Source of the DNA: an uncultured Gemmatimonadales bacterium
GTDB lineage: Bacteria > Gemmatimonadota > Gemmatimonadetes > Longimicrobiales > RSA9
Reading direction: 5' to 3'
Assembly (NCBI GenBank): GCA_963741945.1
Contig: CAVUKA010000001.1
Location: forward strand, 288,001-352,000
DNA: 64,000 nt
Shown here: positions 39,842 to 49,447 of the stretch, piece after piece
Layout: each line of letters starts with the position of its first letter
How positions within the stretch are numbered: the first letter of the stretch is position 1
Made by a program: the position numbers and the translations under genes
Notes under the pieces: generated by a model
Database searches by the model: none
Told to the model about the DNA's origin: nothing
The model's input: only the letters and a program-made list of their open reading frames with translations

Positions 39842-40518
39842 GGCACGCCGAGGAGCGTCGGGAGCTGCGTGATGCGGTCTATGCAGGCGACGTCGTCCCG
39901 AGGCTCATCCACGAGCAGGACCGCTCGGATCCCGGCCCGCCTGGCACCCACCACATCCACTTCGAACGTGTCTCCCACGTACACGGTCTCCTCCGGCGCC
40001 ACACCCATGGCGTCGCACGCCATTCTGAAAATCCGGGAGTCCGGCTTCTCGATCCCCACCACGGCGGAATCCAGGATGACCTCGAACAGGTCGGCGAGGC
40101 CAGCGGCTTCGAGGAACTCGGCCACGCGACCGTCCGCGTTCGAGATCACGCCGAGGCGAAGCCCTGCGGCCTTCAGCCCCTCGAGCATCGCGCGGGTTCC
40201 GGGGACGGGACGGATCCACAGCCGGCCTTCCGCGTGACGCTTCCGGATGTCCCCGGCCACCGCCTCCAGCCGCTCCGCCGGCAGCCCGAGATGGTCGAAC
40301 AACGCCGTGAACCAGGCACGCGCCCGTGTCGCATCGGTACCGGGGTCGTCCGACCGCAGGATGTCACCCACGGCCGCCTGGGCGTGGCGTCGGGCCGCGG
40401 CAAACGCCGCCGCGTCCGCCTGCACACCTTCGCGGGCGAGGCGGTCCAGGATGAATTCGTGATCCGGATGGATGAGCGTGCCCCCGGCGTCCAGGAGCAC
40501 GGCTCGGAGCGCGGGCAT
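39838..40518 (-). CDS. HAD-IA family hydrolase
   Basis: LLDAGGTL, VISNAD, EKPD, YVGD...DVVGA. Confidence 0.9.
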   Translation of the reverse strand: MPALRAVLLDAGGTLIHPDHEFILDRLAREGVQADAAAFAAARRHAQAAVGDILRSDDPGTDATRARAWFTALFDHLGLPAERLEAVAGDIRKRHAEGRLWIRPVPGTRAMLEGLKAAGLRLGVISNADGRVAEFLEAAGLADLFEVILDSAVVGIEKPDSRIFRMACDAMGVAPEETVYVGDTFEVDVVGARRAGIRAVLLVDEPRDDVACIDRITQLPTLLGVP

Positions 40519-42246
40519 CAGAAGAAGACCGGCTCCCGGAAGCTGCCGTAGACCGACTCGAGGGCGTTGCGGATCTCGAACAGCGTACAGTAGGCGCGCA
40601 CGCACTCCAGCATCGGCTCCACCACGTTCTCCTCCCCGCGCGCGGCCTGGCGGAGGCGCTCCAGCGTGGCCTCCACCCGGCCATCGTCGCGCGCGCCCCG
40701 GAGCTTCGCCAGGCGCTCGTCCTGCGTGCGCGCGGCCTCCTCGCCCACTTTCAGGATCTCGATATCCGTCTCGTCGTTGCCGCCCAGGAAATCGTTGACT
40801 CCCACCACCACGCGCTCGCCACTGTCGATCTCCCGCTGCTGCCGCTCGGCGCTGCGGGCGATCTCGCGCTGAAAGTACCCCTGCTCGATGCCCGGCACCA
40901 CGCCGCCCATGGTCTCGATCTCATCGAAGATCGCTTCGGCCTCCGCCTCGAGACCGTCCGTGAGGCTCTCCACGAAATAGGAACCCGCCAGCGGGTCGAT
41001 CGTGTTCGCGACGCCGGTCTCGTAGGCGAGCACCTGCTGCGTCCGGAGCGCGATCCGCACGCTCTTCTCCGTGGGCAGCGCCAGCGTCTCGTCCATGGAA
41101 TTGGTGTGCAGGCTCTGCGTCCCGCCCAGTGCGGCCGCCATGGCCTGATAGGCCACGCGCACGATGTTGTTCTCCGGCTGCGGTGCGACCAGGCTCACGC
41201 CCGCGGTCTGCGCGTGCGTGCGAAGGCGCCAGCTCTCCTCCTTCTTCGCCCCGTACTCCTCCTTCATGCGCCTCGCCCAGATCCGGCGCGCGGCGCGGAA
41301 TTTCGCGATCTCCTCGAAGAAGTCGTTGTGGACGTCGAAGAAGAAGCTGAGGCGCGGCGCGAAGTCGTCCACGTCGAGCCCCCGCTCGATCCCGCGGCGG
41401 ACGTACTCGAAGCCGTTGCGAAGCGTGTACGCCAGCTCCTGGCCCGCGGTGGAGCCGGCCTCGCGGATGTGGTAGCCGCTGATGCTGATGGGGTTGTACT
41501 TGGGCGCGTTCGTGGCGCACCACTCGAACATGTCCACGATCAGCTTGAGCGCCGGCTCCGGCGGGTAGATCCACGCGTGCTGCGCCTGGTACTCCTTCAG
41601 GATGTCGTTCTGGACCGTGCCCCGGAGCTTGTCGGGGGACACGCCCTGCTTTTCCGCCGCCACGACGTAGAAGCAGAAGGCCATGATGGCCGGGCCGTTG
41701 ATGGTCATGGAGACGCTCACCCGGTCGAGCGGGATGCCGTCGAAGAGCGTCTCCATGTCGGCCAGGCTCGAGATGGCCACACCGCACTTCCCCACCTCGC
41801 CCAGCGAGCGCGGGTGGTCGCTGTCGTAGCCCATGAGCGTGGGGAAGTCGAACGCCACGCTGAGCCCCGTCTGTCCCTGCTCCAGCAGGTACTTGTACCG
41901 CTGGTTCGTCTCGAGCGACGTGCCGAAGCCCGCGAACTGCCGTTTCGTCCACAACCGGGTCCGGTACATCGTGGTGTACGGCCCGCGCGTGAACGGGTAT
42001 TCCCCGGGGAAGCCCAGCTTCGCCAGATAGTCCCAGTCGACCCCGAGGTCCGCCGGCGTGTACAGCGGGTTCACGGGCGTCCCGGAGATCGTGCTGAACC
42101 GCACATCCCGCTCGCCCACACCTTCGTACGCCCGCTCCCACTCCGCCAACCGGGCGCGGAGCGCGTCCAGCTCGCGCTCCTGCGCCTCGAGTCGCGCCTC
42201 GAGCTCAGCACCGTCCGCCGGCAGGTCCTTCTCGACTGTGTCCCAT
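40518..42246 (-). CDS. B12-dependent acyl-CoA mutase large subunit, isobutyryl-CoA-mutase-like (IcmA); extra G just after the ATG
   Basis: GEYPFTRG, RQFAGFG, GLSVAFD, QNDILKEYQAQ, SGYHIREAG. Removing one G restores MDTVEKDLP... from ATG 42246; otherwise the start is TTG 42149. Confidence 0.9.
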
Positions 42247-42503
42247 TCAGCTTCTCCGACCTGGATTCCGGGTCTCCGGGATCGAACGGGGATTTCCTAC
42301 CCGTGTGTGGCGCGCACGATCCGGACCTCGCGGGGCTCGGCCTCGCCGGACAGCCACAGCCGCGGCGCCGGCTCACGCAAAGGTCGGCCGGGGCGGGGGC
42401 CGCCGCAAGCGGATCACGCACGGAAACCCGGGGACGCGCCCGGCGATCCGCGTGTGGATCCGGGCGTCACCGCCGCGCCAGCCGGTGCTCCGCTCCCCTC
42501 AGC

Positions 42504-43654
42504 TCAGCGCACCGCGGCGTCGACCACGCGCGTCGCCACCTCGTAGGGCGAGACCTTCCCCGCGGCCAGGTCGTCGAGGGCGGCGTCCAGGACCGCAGTC
42601 CCCTCGGACTCCTTCCAGACGCGGGCGAGGAGCTGCTGCTGGACCGACATCGCGGACGCGCTCCTTCAGGCGCTCCAGGCGACGCCGGGCCAGCTCCCCG
42701 CTCTCCTCCAGCCAGCTCCAGTGGGCATCGAGACGCTCGAGCAGCTCCGGTACGCCGTCGCCGGTCTCGGCCGTGGTCAGCAGCACGGGGATCGGCCACG
42801 TCTCGACGCGCGACGGGTCGGCGGGCGAAGGCTCCGCCTCCGGCCGGGAGCCGGGTTCCGGGATCGGTTCGCCCTCTCCCGCCCGTCTCGCTTCCATCTT
42901 CGCCCTCGCCGTCTTCGCGCGGTTGAGCTGCACGCCGTGGTGCGCGGGGATGTTCTTCATGGCGTCGCCCAGGCGGAGGTGGAGCATCATCTCGACCTCC
43001 TTGGCGAGGCGGGGAGCGCCCGGGCGATCCGCCTTGTTGATGACGAAGGCGTCGGCGGCTTCCATGAGCCCCGCCTTCATGGTCTGGATGGCGTCGCCGG
43101 ACTCGGGGACCAGGACGACCACGGTGGTGTCCGCTGCGGCGGCGATGTCCAGCTCGCTCTGGCCGACGCCGACCGTCTCGACGAGGATGACGTCGAAGCC
43201 GAACGCGGCGAGGACGTCCATGGCCTCGCGGGTGGTGGCGGCGAGACCGCCGAGTGCGCCCCGCGTCGCCATGGACCGGACGAACACGCCCTCGCCCTGC
43301 GCCACCTCGTTCATGCGGATGCGGTCGCCGAGGAGCGCGCCGCCGGTATACGGGCTGGTGGGGTCCACGGCGATCACCCCGACGGTCTGTCCGCGCTCGC
43401 GGAAACGACGGATCAGGTCGGCCGTGAGCGTCGACTTCCCCGCCCCGGGCGGCCCCGTGATCCCTATGCGGCGGCTGCCGCGGATCCGGGAGTGCAGCGC
43501 GTCCAGGACCGCCTGGAACCCGGGCTGCTGGTTCTCGACAATGGAGATGACGCGGGCCAGCGCGGCACGCTTCCCGTCGCTGAATTTCTCGAGCAGGTCT
43601 TCCTGCGCTGGGGCTGAGCGGCTCGGCCGCGGCCCGGGACTGCTGTGTGTTCAT
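42504..43654 (-). CDS. meaB: MeaB/ArgK G-protein chaperone of the mutase; two apparent +1 frameshifts (~43610 and ~42645)
   Basis: GITGPPGAGKST, AVDPTSPYTGGALLGDRIRM, ETVGVGQSE, NKAD. The N- and C-termini lie in shifted frames. Confidence 0.88.
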
Positions 43655-43765
43655 GGGCGGAAGGTCGGGGGAAGGGAGGGAATCGTCAAACAGTGCGTGA
43701 GGACGGGAGCGGGGACCACCGGCCAGATCGGCGCACCCGTCCTTCCCGCCGCTCACGGCGGGCCG

Positions 43766-44875
43766 CTACCTCGCCCGGTTCACGTCCCGCTCGAAGTCGG
43801 AAACGGTCCGGGCCAACAGGGGGCCATAGACCTCGCGGGCGTTTGCCACGGTCTGGTCGCGCAGCAGCGCGCGGAATCGGTCGGGGCCGCCCGCCGCCCG
43901 GAGCCGGTCGAGGAACGCAGCGGCGACAGGGTAGAGGAGCGGCTCGGGCGCGCCTCTTCCGTCCTCCCACAGCGCGAGAACATCGACCGGTTCATCCGCA
44001 TCCGCGGCGGCGGCCCGGGCGACGGCCATGCGGTCGCGGCCGGAGAGATCGAGCAGAACGGCCACGCCCTCGTTCACGAACCGGGTGCTGCGGACGGGGT
44101 GGAGCGCGCTGAAGATCACCACGTGCGCCAGCTCGTGGCCGGGCGTCTGGTCCAGGCGACTGTGGACCACGCCGAGCTCCGGGGTGGCGAAACCGAGCGA
44201 CGGAAAGCCGGCCCTCCGGGCAGCCTCGCGGCCGGGCCACACGAAGATGTCCACGCGCTTCCCCAGGCTCACCGGGAACTCCGCCTGCAACACCCTGAAC
44301 GCACGCTCGCGGGACGCGGCAAAGGACGCGGCCGTGGCGTCGTCGATCGACGGCGGGTAATGCACGCGGACGTGCGCCTCCTCGATGGCCCGCCAGTCCC
44401 CGTACAGCGGGTCCAGCCCGGTGACACGGGCGAACCCGGCGGCGGAGCGGGCGGCGTTCGCCGTGAGCGAGGCCCGGGCGCTGTCCAGGGCGATGGCCGC
44501 CTCGGCGGTGCGGCCGAGGGTGAACAGGGCTACCGCGCGGTCGTGGTAGCACCAGTCGGACAGCCAGGTCCGCGCCGGCTCCGACGCGATCACGGAATCC
44601 AGGTGCGGCAGAGCCTCTTCCGACCGGCCCAGGGCGACGAGGGAGCGGCCCACGAGGCTGTGGTGGCGAACGTCCGCCGGATAGGCGGCCAGCGCCCGCT
44701 CCGATGCCCGCACCACCTCCTCGAATCGCCGGGCGCGAAAGAGCGAATAGAGGCTGTCCAGGTCCTGCGCCGCGGCTGTACGGGGGGCTCCCACGGCCGC
44801 GACGGCCGCCATCCACAACACGATGATGCAGACGGCGCCGACCGGACGGCGATGAGCGCTGCCATGGTACGACAT
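43766..44875 (-). CDS. secreted TPR-repeat protein with a gluzincin-like (peptidase MA) domain
   Basis: Signal-like N-terminus, TPR helices, HELAH...FVNEG. Confidence 0.7.
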   Translation of the reverse strand: MSYHGSAHRRPVGAVCIIVLWMAAVAAVGAPRTAAAQDLDSLYSLFRARRFEEVVRASERALAAYPADVRHHSLVGRSLVALGRSEEALPHLDSVIASEPARTWLSDWCYHDRAVALFTLGRTAEAAIALDSARASLTANAARSAAGFARVTGLDPLYGDWRAIEEAHVRVHYPPSIDDATAASFAASRERAFRVLQAEFPVSLGKRVDIFVWPGREAARRAGFPSLGFATPELGVVHSRLDQTPGHELAHVVIFSALHPVRSTRFVNEGVAVLLDLSGRDRMAVARAAAADADEPVDVLALWEDGRGAPEPLLYPVAAAFLDRLRAAGGPDRFRALLRDQTVANAREVYGPLLARTVSDFERDVNRAR

Positions 44876-45044
44876 GGTGGTTCCCGGACCCAGGTACGAC
44901 GTGCAGCTGCCTCGAGTGCGGCGCCAGCCGCGCGCAGCAACCGGCGGTTCGGCCGCGGGAGGGGCTCGCCTGCACGATAGCCCGCCTGGGGCGGCCCGCC
45001 AACTGCGGGCGCGATGGGGGGGGTGGAGCGCCGCGCCGAGTTGA

Positions 45045-45126
45045 CCACGGAAACCGCCGGGAAGTCGACATCACCCCCCGCAGGAGGAGCCGACCTGTCG
45101 AGTCGACCTCCCGGGGAACGGTGTGG
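45045..45126. repeat. long imperfect intergenic inverted repeat
   Basis: CCGGGAAGTCGAC (45057-45069) pairs with GTCGACCTCCCGG (45102-45114), extended by ACCG/CGGT and CCAC/GTGG. Confidence 0.55.
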
Positions 45127-45253
45127 AAGGTCCGGCCGCGCTCGCGGCGAGGGGGTCCGGCCGACGCCTGGTGCGCTCGAGGGGCGAATCCGGGTCGGGG
45201 CCGCACGGCTTCCGGAGCCGCACTGGCTTCGAGGCGGAGACCTCGCCGGCCGC

Positions 45254-46918
45254 CTACTCGCCCCGGCGCAACTCCTCGCCGACGCCGCGCGCGTGGCGCA
45301 GGGGGTTTTCCAGCAGGTGTGTGGGGACCACGATGGCGACCATGAAGAGCACGAGCGCCATGAGGAAGCCAGCGGCGAGGACCCACCATCGCGTGAAGGC
45401 GAGGAAGACCACGGCGGTGATGAGCGCCATGGTGGCGGCGAACAGGGAGATCTGGATGCGGCGGATCTGGAGCGAAAGGAACCGCTCGAGCTGGACCATG
45501 TCGCGGGGGTGTACGCGAACGCGCATCTCCTCGCGGTCGGCGCGGCGGATGAGGTCGCGCACGCCGGTGAGGGTGGCCCGGGCGTCGTCGAACAGGGACC
45601 TGGCCACTTCGGACGGCTCACGGGCGGCCACGCGCAGGAGCTCGGGGCGCATGCGCTCGACCACGACCCGGGAGACGTCCATGCCGTTGAAGGCGGGGTC
45701 GTAGCGGAGCCCGATCCCTTCGAGGAGCGCGGCGGCGCGGAAGAAGTAGACGAGCTCGCGCGGGAGCATGAGCGGCCACGTGTAGAACGTGTCCATGATG
45801 TCGCGAACGGCGTCCTGGACGCGGTCGACCCCCATCTCCCGCATGCGATCGAGGACGCCCATGATCTCGACGGCCGCATCCCGGATCTCGGCGCGGGAGA
45901 TGTCAGGGTCGATCATCCCGAGCTCGTACATGCCGTTGATGATCCCGTCCACATCCTCGCGCGCGGCGGCCATGGCGACGCGGATGATCAGGTCGCGGGT
46001 CGGAGGCCGGAGCTGGACCACCATCCCCCAGTCGAGGAGGACGATGCGCCCCTGGCGGTCCACCAGGATGTTGCCGGGGTGGGGATCGGCGTGCATGAGC
46101 CCCTCGACCAGGAGCATGCGGAGGTAGACTTCGGTGAGCGTCTCGAGGAGGTCGCGGAAGTCCAGCTCGCCGGATGCGAAGCGGGGGGCGAGCGTGTCGA
46201 CGCGGTCGCCGTCGATCCACTCCATGACCAGCACTCGCCGGCGAACGAATCCCTCCACGGCCACCGAGCCCCGCACGCGCGGGTCGTCACCGAAGTGGGT
46301 CTGGAACAGCTCCATGTGGCGCGCCTCGTCCCGGAAGTCCATCTCCACGCGAACGCGCGCGCTGAACTCGCGCACGGCGTGGGTCAGGGCTTTCACGTGG
46401 TGGTTCCGGAAGAGGATGTTCAGGAGGAACAGGATCCGGAAGCTGATCTCGAGGTCCACGGCGACGAGGGCTTCGACACCGGGCCGCAGCACCTTCACGG
46501 CCACATCCCTGCCCGCGAGCCGTGCCCGGTGGACCTGGCCGAGGCTCGCGGCGGCCACGGGTTCGCGATCGAACTGCTCGAACACCTCGTCCACGCCGCC
46601 GCCGAGCTCCGCCTGGATCACGCCCTCGATCTGCTCCGGCGGGTCCGGCGGAACCCGGTCCTGCAGACTGGCAATGGACGAGAGATAGGGCTCCGGCAGG
46701 ATGTCGGCCCGGGCCCCGAACACCTGCGCGAGCTTGATGAACGTGGGCCCCAGCCGCGCGATCGTGGCCGTCAGCTTCCTCGCCCGCCTGTCGTGCACCT
46801 CGTACGGCAACCGCCGCGGCCTGCCGAAGACGATCCACCGCCGGCGATCGCGCAGGAACGCAACGACGAACGGGACCAGCCGGAGCACGATGGTGAGTCC
46901 CCGGCGCCAGCGTCTCAT
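45254..46918 (-). CDS. ABC1/AarF/UbiB family atypical kinase
   Basis: LGPTFIKLAQ, LQDRVPP, AAASLGQVH, VAVKV, HADPHPGN, LDWGM. Confidence 0.93.
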   Translation of the reverse strand: MRRWRRGLTIVLRLVPFVVAFLRDRRRWIVFGRPRRLPYEVHDRRARKLTATIARLGPTFIKLAQVFGARADILPEPYLSSIASLQDRVPPDPPEQIEGVIQAELGGGVDEVFEQFDREPVAAASLGQVHRARLAGRDVAVKVLRPGVEALVAVDLEISFRILFLLNILFRNHHVKALTHAVREFSARVRVEMDFRDEARHMELFQTHFGDDPRVRGSVAVEGFVRRRVLVMEWIDGDRVDTLAPRFASGELDFRDLLETLTEVYLRMLLVEGLMHADPHPGNILVDRQGRIVLLDWGMVVQLRPPTRDLIIRVAMAAAREDVDGIINGMYELGMIDPDISRAEIRDAAVEIMGVLDRMREMGVDRVQDAVRDIMDTFYTWPLMLPRELVYFFRAAALLEGIGLRYDPAFNGMDVSRVVVERMRPELLRVAAREPSEVARSLFDDARATLTGVRDLIRRADREEMRVRVHPRDMVQLERFLSLQIRRIQISLFAATMALITAVVFLAFTRWWVLAAGFLMALVLFMVAIVVPTHLLENPLRHARGVGEELRRGE

Positions 46919-48321
46919 AGCAGGAAGTGGGTGGCCAGGCCGAGGAGGAGGAAGAAGCCGGTGATGTCCGTCGTCGCCGTGATGAAGACGGAGGAAGCGA
47001 CGGCGGGATCGAAGCCGATCCGCTCCAGGAGCACCGGGACGAAGGAGCCGGCGAGGGAGGCGACGATGACGTTGCCCCACATGGCCAGCATCACCACCAA
47101 CCCGAGCACGGAGCTGGGCGGCGGGTTGGTCGGTCCGATCCCCACCACGTGGAAGAGGACGTAGGCGAGGGCGCCGACGATGAGCCCGAGCGCGGCACCG
47201 TTGATCAATCCGACGAGCGCTTCCTTCGCCGCCACTCGCCACCGCCGTACCGCGCTCTCGCGCGTGAGCGCCAGTCGGCGGACGGTTACGGCCAGCGCCT
47301 GACTGCCGGCGTTGCCACCCAGGCCGGCCACGACGGGCATGATGGCCGCCAGAAAGGCCATCGCCTGGATGGTACTGTCGAACGTGAGGACCACGATGGC
47401 GCCAAGGGACGCGGTGATCACGTTGAGCGCCAGCCAGGGGAGCCGGCTGCGCACCGCCTCGTGCCAGGCGCCCTGCACCTCTTCCTCCGAACCGATCCCG
47501 GCGAGGCGCAGGATGTCCTCGGTCTGCTCGGCCTCGATGACATCCATGACATCATCCCACGTGATGCGGCCGAGCAGGATGTTGTTCGGCCCGACCACGG
47601 GGATGGACGGGACGTTGTAGCGGGCGATGAGCCGGCCGACCTCCTCCTGATCCATGGCGACGGGGACGATCACCACGGGAGGCTTGACCAGCGTGCCGAT
47701 GCGCGTGTCTGGGTCCGAGACAATGATGTCCTGCAGGCTCACCTGGCCCTGGAGCCGGCGCAGGAGATCGACCACGAAGATGTGGTAGAAATCACTGCCC
47801 AGCTCGCGCGCCTGCCGCCGGATCTCGCCGATGGCCTCCGCGACCGTCAGGTGCACGGAGATGGCCACCAGCTCGGTGCTCATGATCCCGCCGGCGGAGT
47901 CCTCCGGGTACGACAGCAGCTCCCGCAGCTCGACAGCGTCCATCGGCGCGAGCGTGGAGAGAACGCGCGCCTGCTCGTCCGGCGGGAGCTCGCCCACGAG
48001 GTCGGCGGCGTCGTCGCTGCTCAGCTCCCCGAGCAGCTCGCTGATGCGCTCCGGCTCGAGCGCGGCCAGGATCTCCTCGGGGTGCTGATGCGCCTCCATC
48101 TCGGCCAGCGTTTCGGACGCCAGCTCGGCGGGGAGCATGTCGAGGATCCGGACCCGGTCCTCTTCCTCCGCGGAATACTCGACCAGGTCGGCGATGTCGC
48201 TGGGGTGCAGGTCGGCCAGGAACTCGCGCAGCGCCCCGCCATCGTCGCCCGCCAGCAGCGCCCGCAGCCGGGCGAGGCGGTTCTGGAACTCGTCCACCTG
48301 CTGCAGCTCGGGCGAGCTCAC
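46915..48321 (-). CDS. mgtE: magnesium transporter MgtE
   Basis: MgtE_N, YPEDSAGGIM, CBS pair, RLPWL, GGNAGSQ, DPAVAS, TDITG. Confidence 0.95.
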   Translation of the reverse strand: MSSPELQQVDEFQNRLARLRALLAGDDGGALREFLADLHPSDIADLVEYSAEEEDRVRILDMLPAELASETLAEMEAHQHPEEILAALEPERISELLGELSSDDAADLVGELPPDEQARVLSTLAPMDAVELRELLSYPEDSAGGIMSTELVAISVHLTVAEAIGEIRRQARELGSDFYHIFVVDLLRRLQGQVSLQDIIVSDPDTRIGTLVKPPVVIVPVAMDQEEVGRLIARYNVPSIPVVGPNNILLGRITWDDVMDVIEAEQTEDILRLAGIGSEEEVQGAWHEAVRSRLPWLALNVITASLGAIVVLTFDSTIQAMAFLAAIMPVVAGLGGNAGSQALAVTVRRLALTRESAVRRWRVAAKEALVGLINGAALGLIVGALAYVLFHVVGIGPTNPPPSSVLGLVVMLAMWGNVIVASLAGSFVPVLLERIGFDPAVASSVFITATTDITGFFLLLGLATHFLL

Positions 48322-49010
48322 GGCGCCTCCGGAGCCATGTCGGAAGACGCGTCAAGCTTCATGGCGGCCGCTTCCGCGGTGGCGGCCGCGGCTCGCGCTC
48401 GCGCCGACGCCCCCGCCCCGTCCGGGGGGACGGCGCCCGCCGAGAGGATGTAGGTGAAGCCCTCCTCCACGGTGACCGGAAGGCGGATGATGCGGGATTC
48501 CGGCACGATGATGAGGAACCCGGTCACCGGATTGGGCGCGGTCGGCAGGAAGACGGTGACCCCGTTCTCGACCCGCCCCTCGAGCGCGCGCGGTGCCGTG
48601 CCGGTGATGAAGCCGAGCGTCCATTGCCCCGGCGACGGGTATTCGAAGAGCACGACCTCGCGGAAGAAGCGCCGCTCCTCTCCGCCGAACACGCTCCCGA
48701 TGATGCGCCGGGTGGCGCCGTAGAGGCGGCTGACCACGGGGATGCGGTCGAGCGTAGCGTGCCACCACTGCACCACCTGGGTGCCCACCATCTTCTCGGC
48801 GAGCCAGCCCACCACGAGCAGGAGGGCCAGGAGGAGGAGGAGTCCGAGGCCGGGAATGCGAAGCCCGATGACGGCATACAGCGAGCGGCCGAGGATGCCG
48901 TCCACGGCATTGAACAGCCACCAGAGGACGTACACCGTGACGGCCAGCGGGGCGAGAACGATGAGCCCCGCGATGAGGCGACGTCGAAGCAGGCGGCCCA
49001 CCGTGTTCAT
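48318..49010 (-). CDS. DUF502 membrane protein
   Basis: GLIVLAPLAVT, RIPVVSRLY, FEYP, FLPTAPNPVTGF. Confidence 0.9.
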   Translation of the reverse strand: MNTVGRLLRRRLIAGLIVLAPLAVTVYVLWWLFNAVDGILGRSLYAVIGLRIPGLGLLLLLALLLVVGWLAEKMVGTQVVQWWHATLDRIPVVSRLYGATRRIIGSVFGGEERRFFREVVLFEYPSPGQWTLGFITGTAPRALEGRVENGVTVFLPTAPNPVTGFLIIVPESRIIRLPVTVEEGFTYILSAGAVPPDGAGASARARAAAATAEAAAMKLDASSDMAPEAP

Positions 49011-49447
49011 TCGATCTCCAGCCCTTCCAGAATCCGCTCCTGGTGCTGCCACATCCCGCTCGACTCCCGCTCCTCCTCCGGGTGATCCCAGCCGAGGACG
49101 TGCAGCGTGCCGTGGATGGCGAGTCGCGCCAGCTCGCGGGCGGCCGCCTCGCCCAGCTCCGTCGCCTGGCGCACGGCCTGCTCCACGCCCAGGTACACAT
49201 CCCCGAGCGGCGGCTCCTGGTCGCCGTGCAGCGAGAACGCCAGCACGTCGGTAGGCGCGTCCTTCCCCTTCCACTCCCGGTTCAGCGACGCCATCCCGCC
49301 ATCATCCAGGAGTGTCACGGACAGCTCCGCATCCTCGACGCCCCGGTCCCGGAGCGTGGCCCGCACCGCGCGCTCCACGACGTCTTCATCCGCCGCCCCC
49401 GCCAGATCCCCGGAGACGTCCCGCTGGACGATGACGGTGGCCGGCAT
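49007..49447 (-). CDS. ybeY: rRNA maturation RNase YbeY
   Basis: LNREWKGKDAPTDVLAF, HGTLHVLGWDH. Confidence 0.95.
   Translation of the reverse strand: MPATVIVQRDVSGDLAGAADEDVVERAVRATLRDRGVEDAELSVTLLDDGGMASLNREWKGKDAPTDVLAFSLHGDQEPPLGDVYLGVEQAVRQATELGEAAARELARLAIHGTLHVLGWDHPEEERESSGMWQHQERILEGLEIE

Noticed and set aside
42250-42500. Possible cobalamin riboswitch upstream of the mutase (GCCAC...GGGTAGG...CCCGGAGACC on the minus strand)
   Set aside because: Only loose similarity to the 3' B12 box; the conserved 5' AGGGAA...GGTG...AATCC core is not visible. An Infernal search would settle it.
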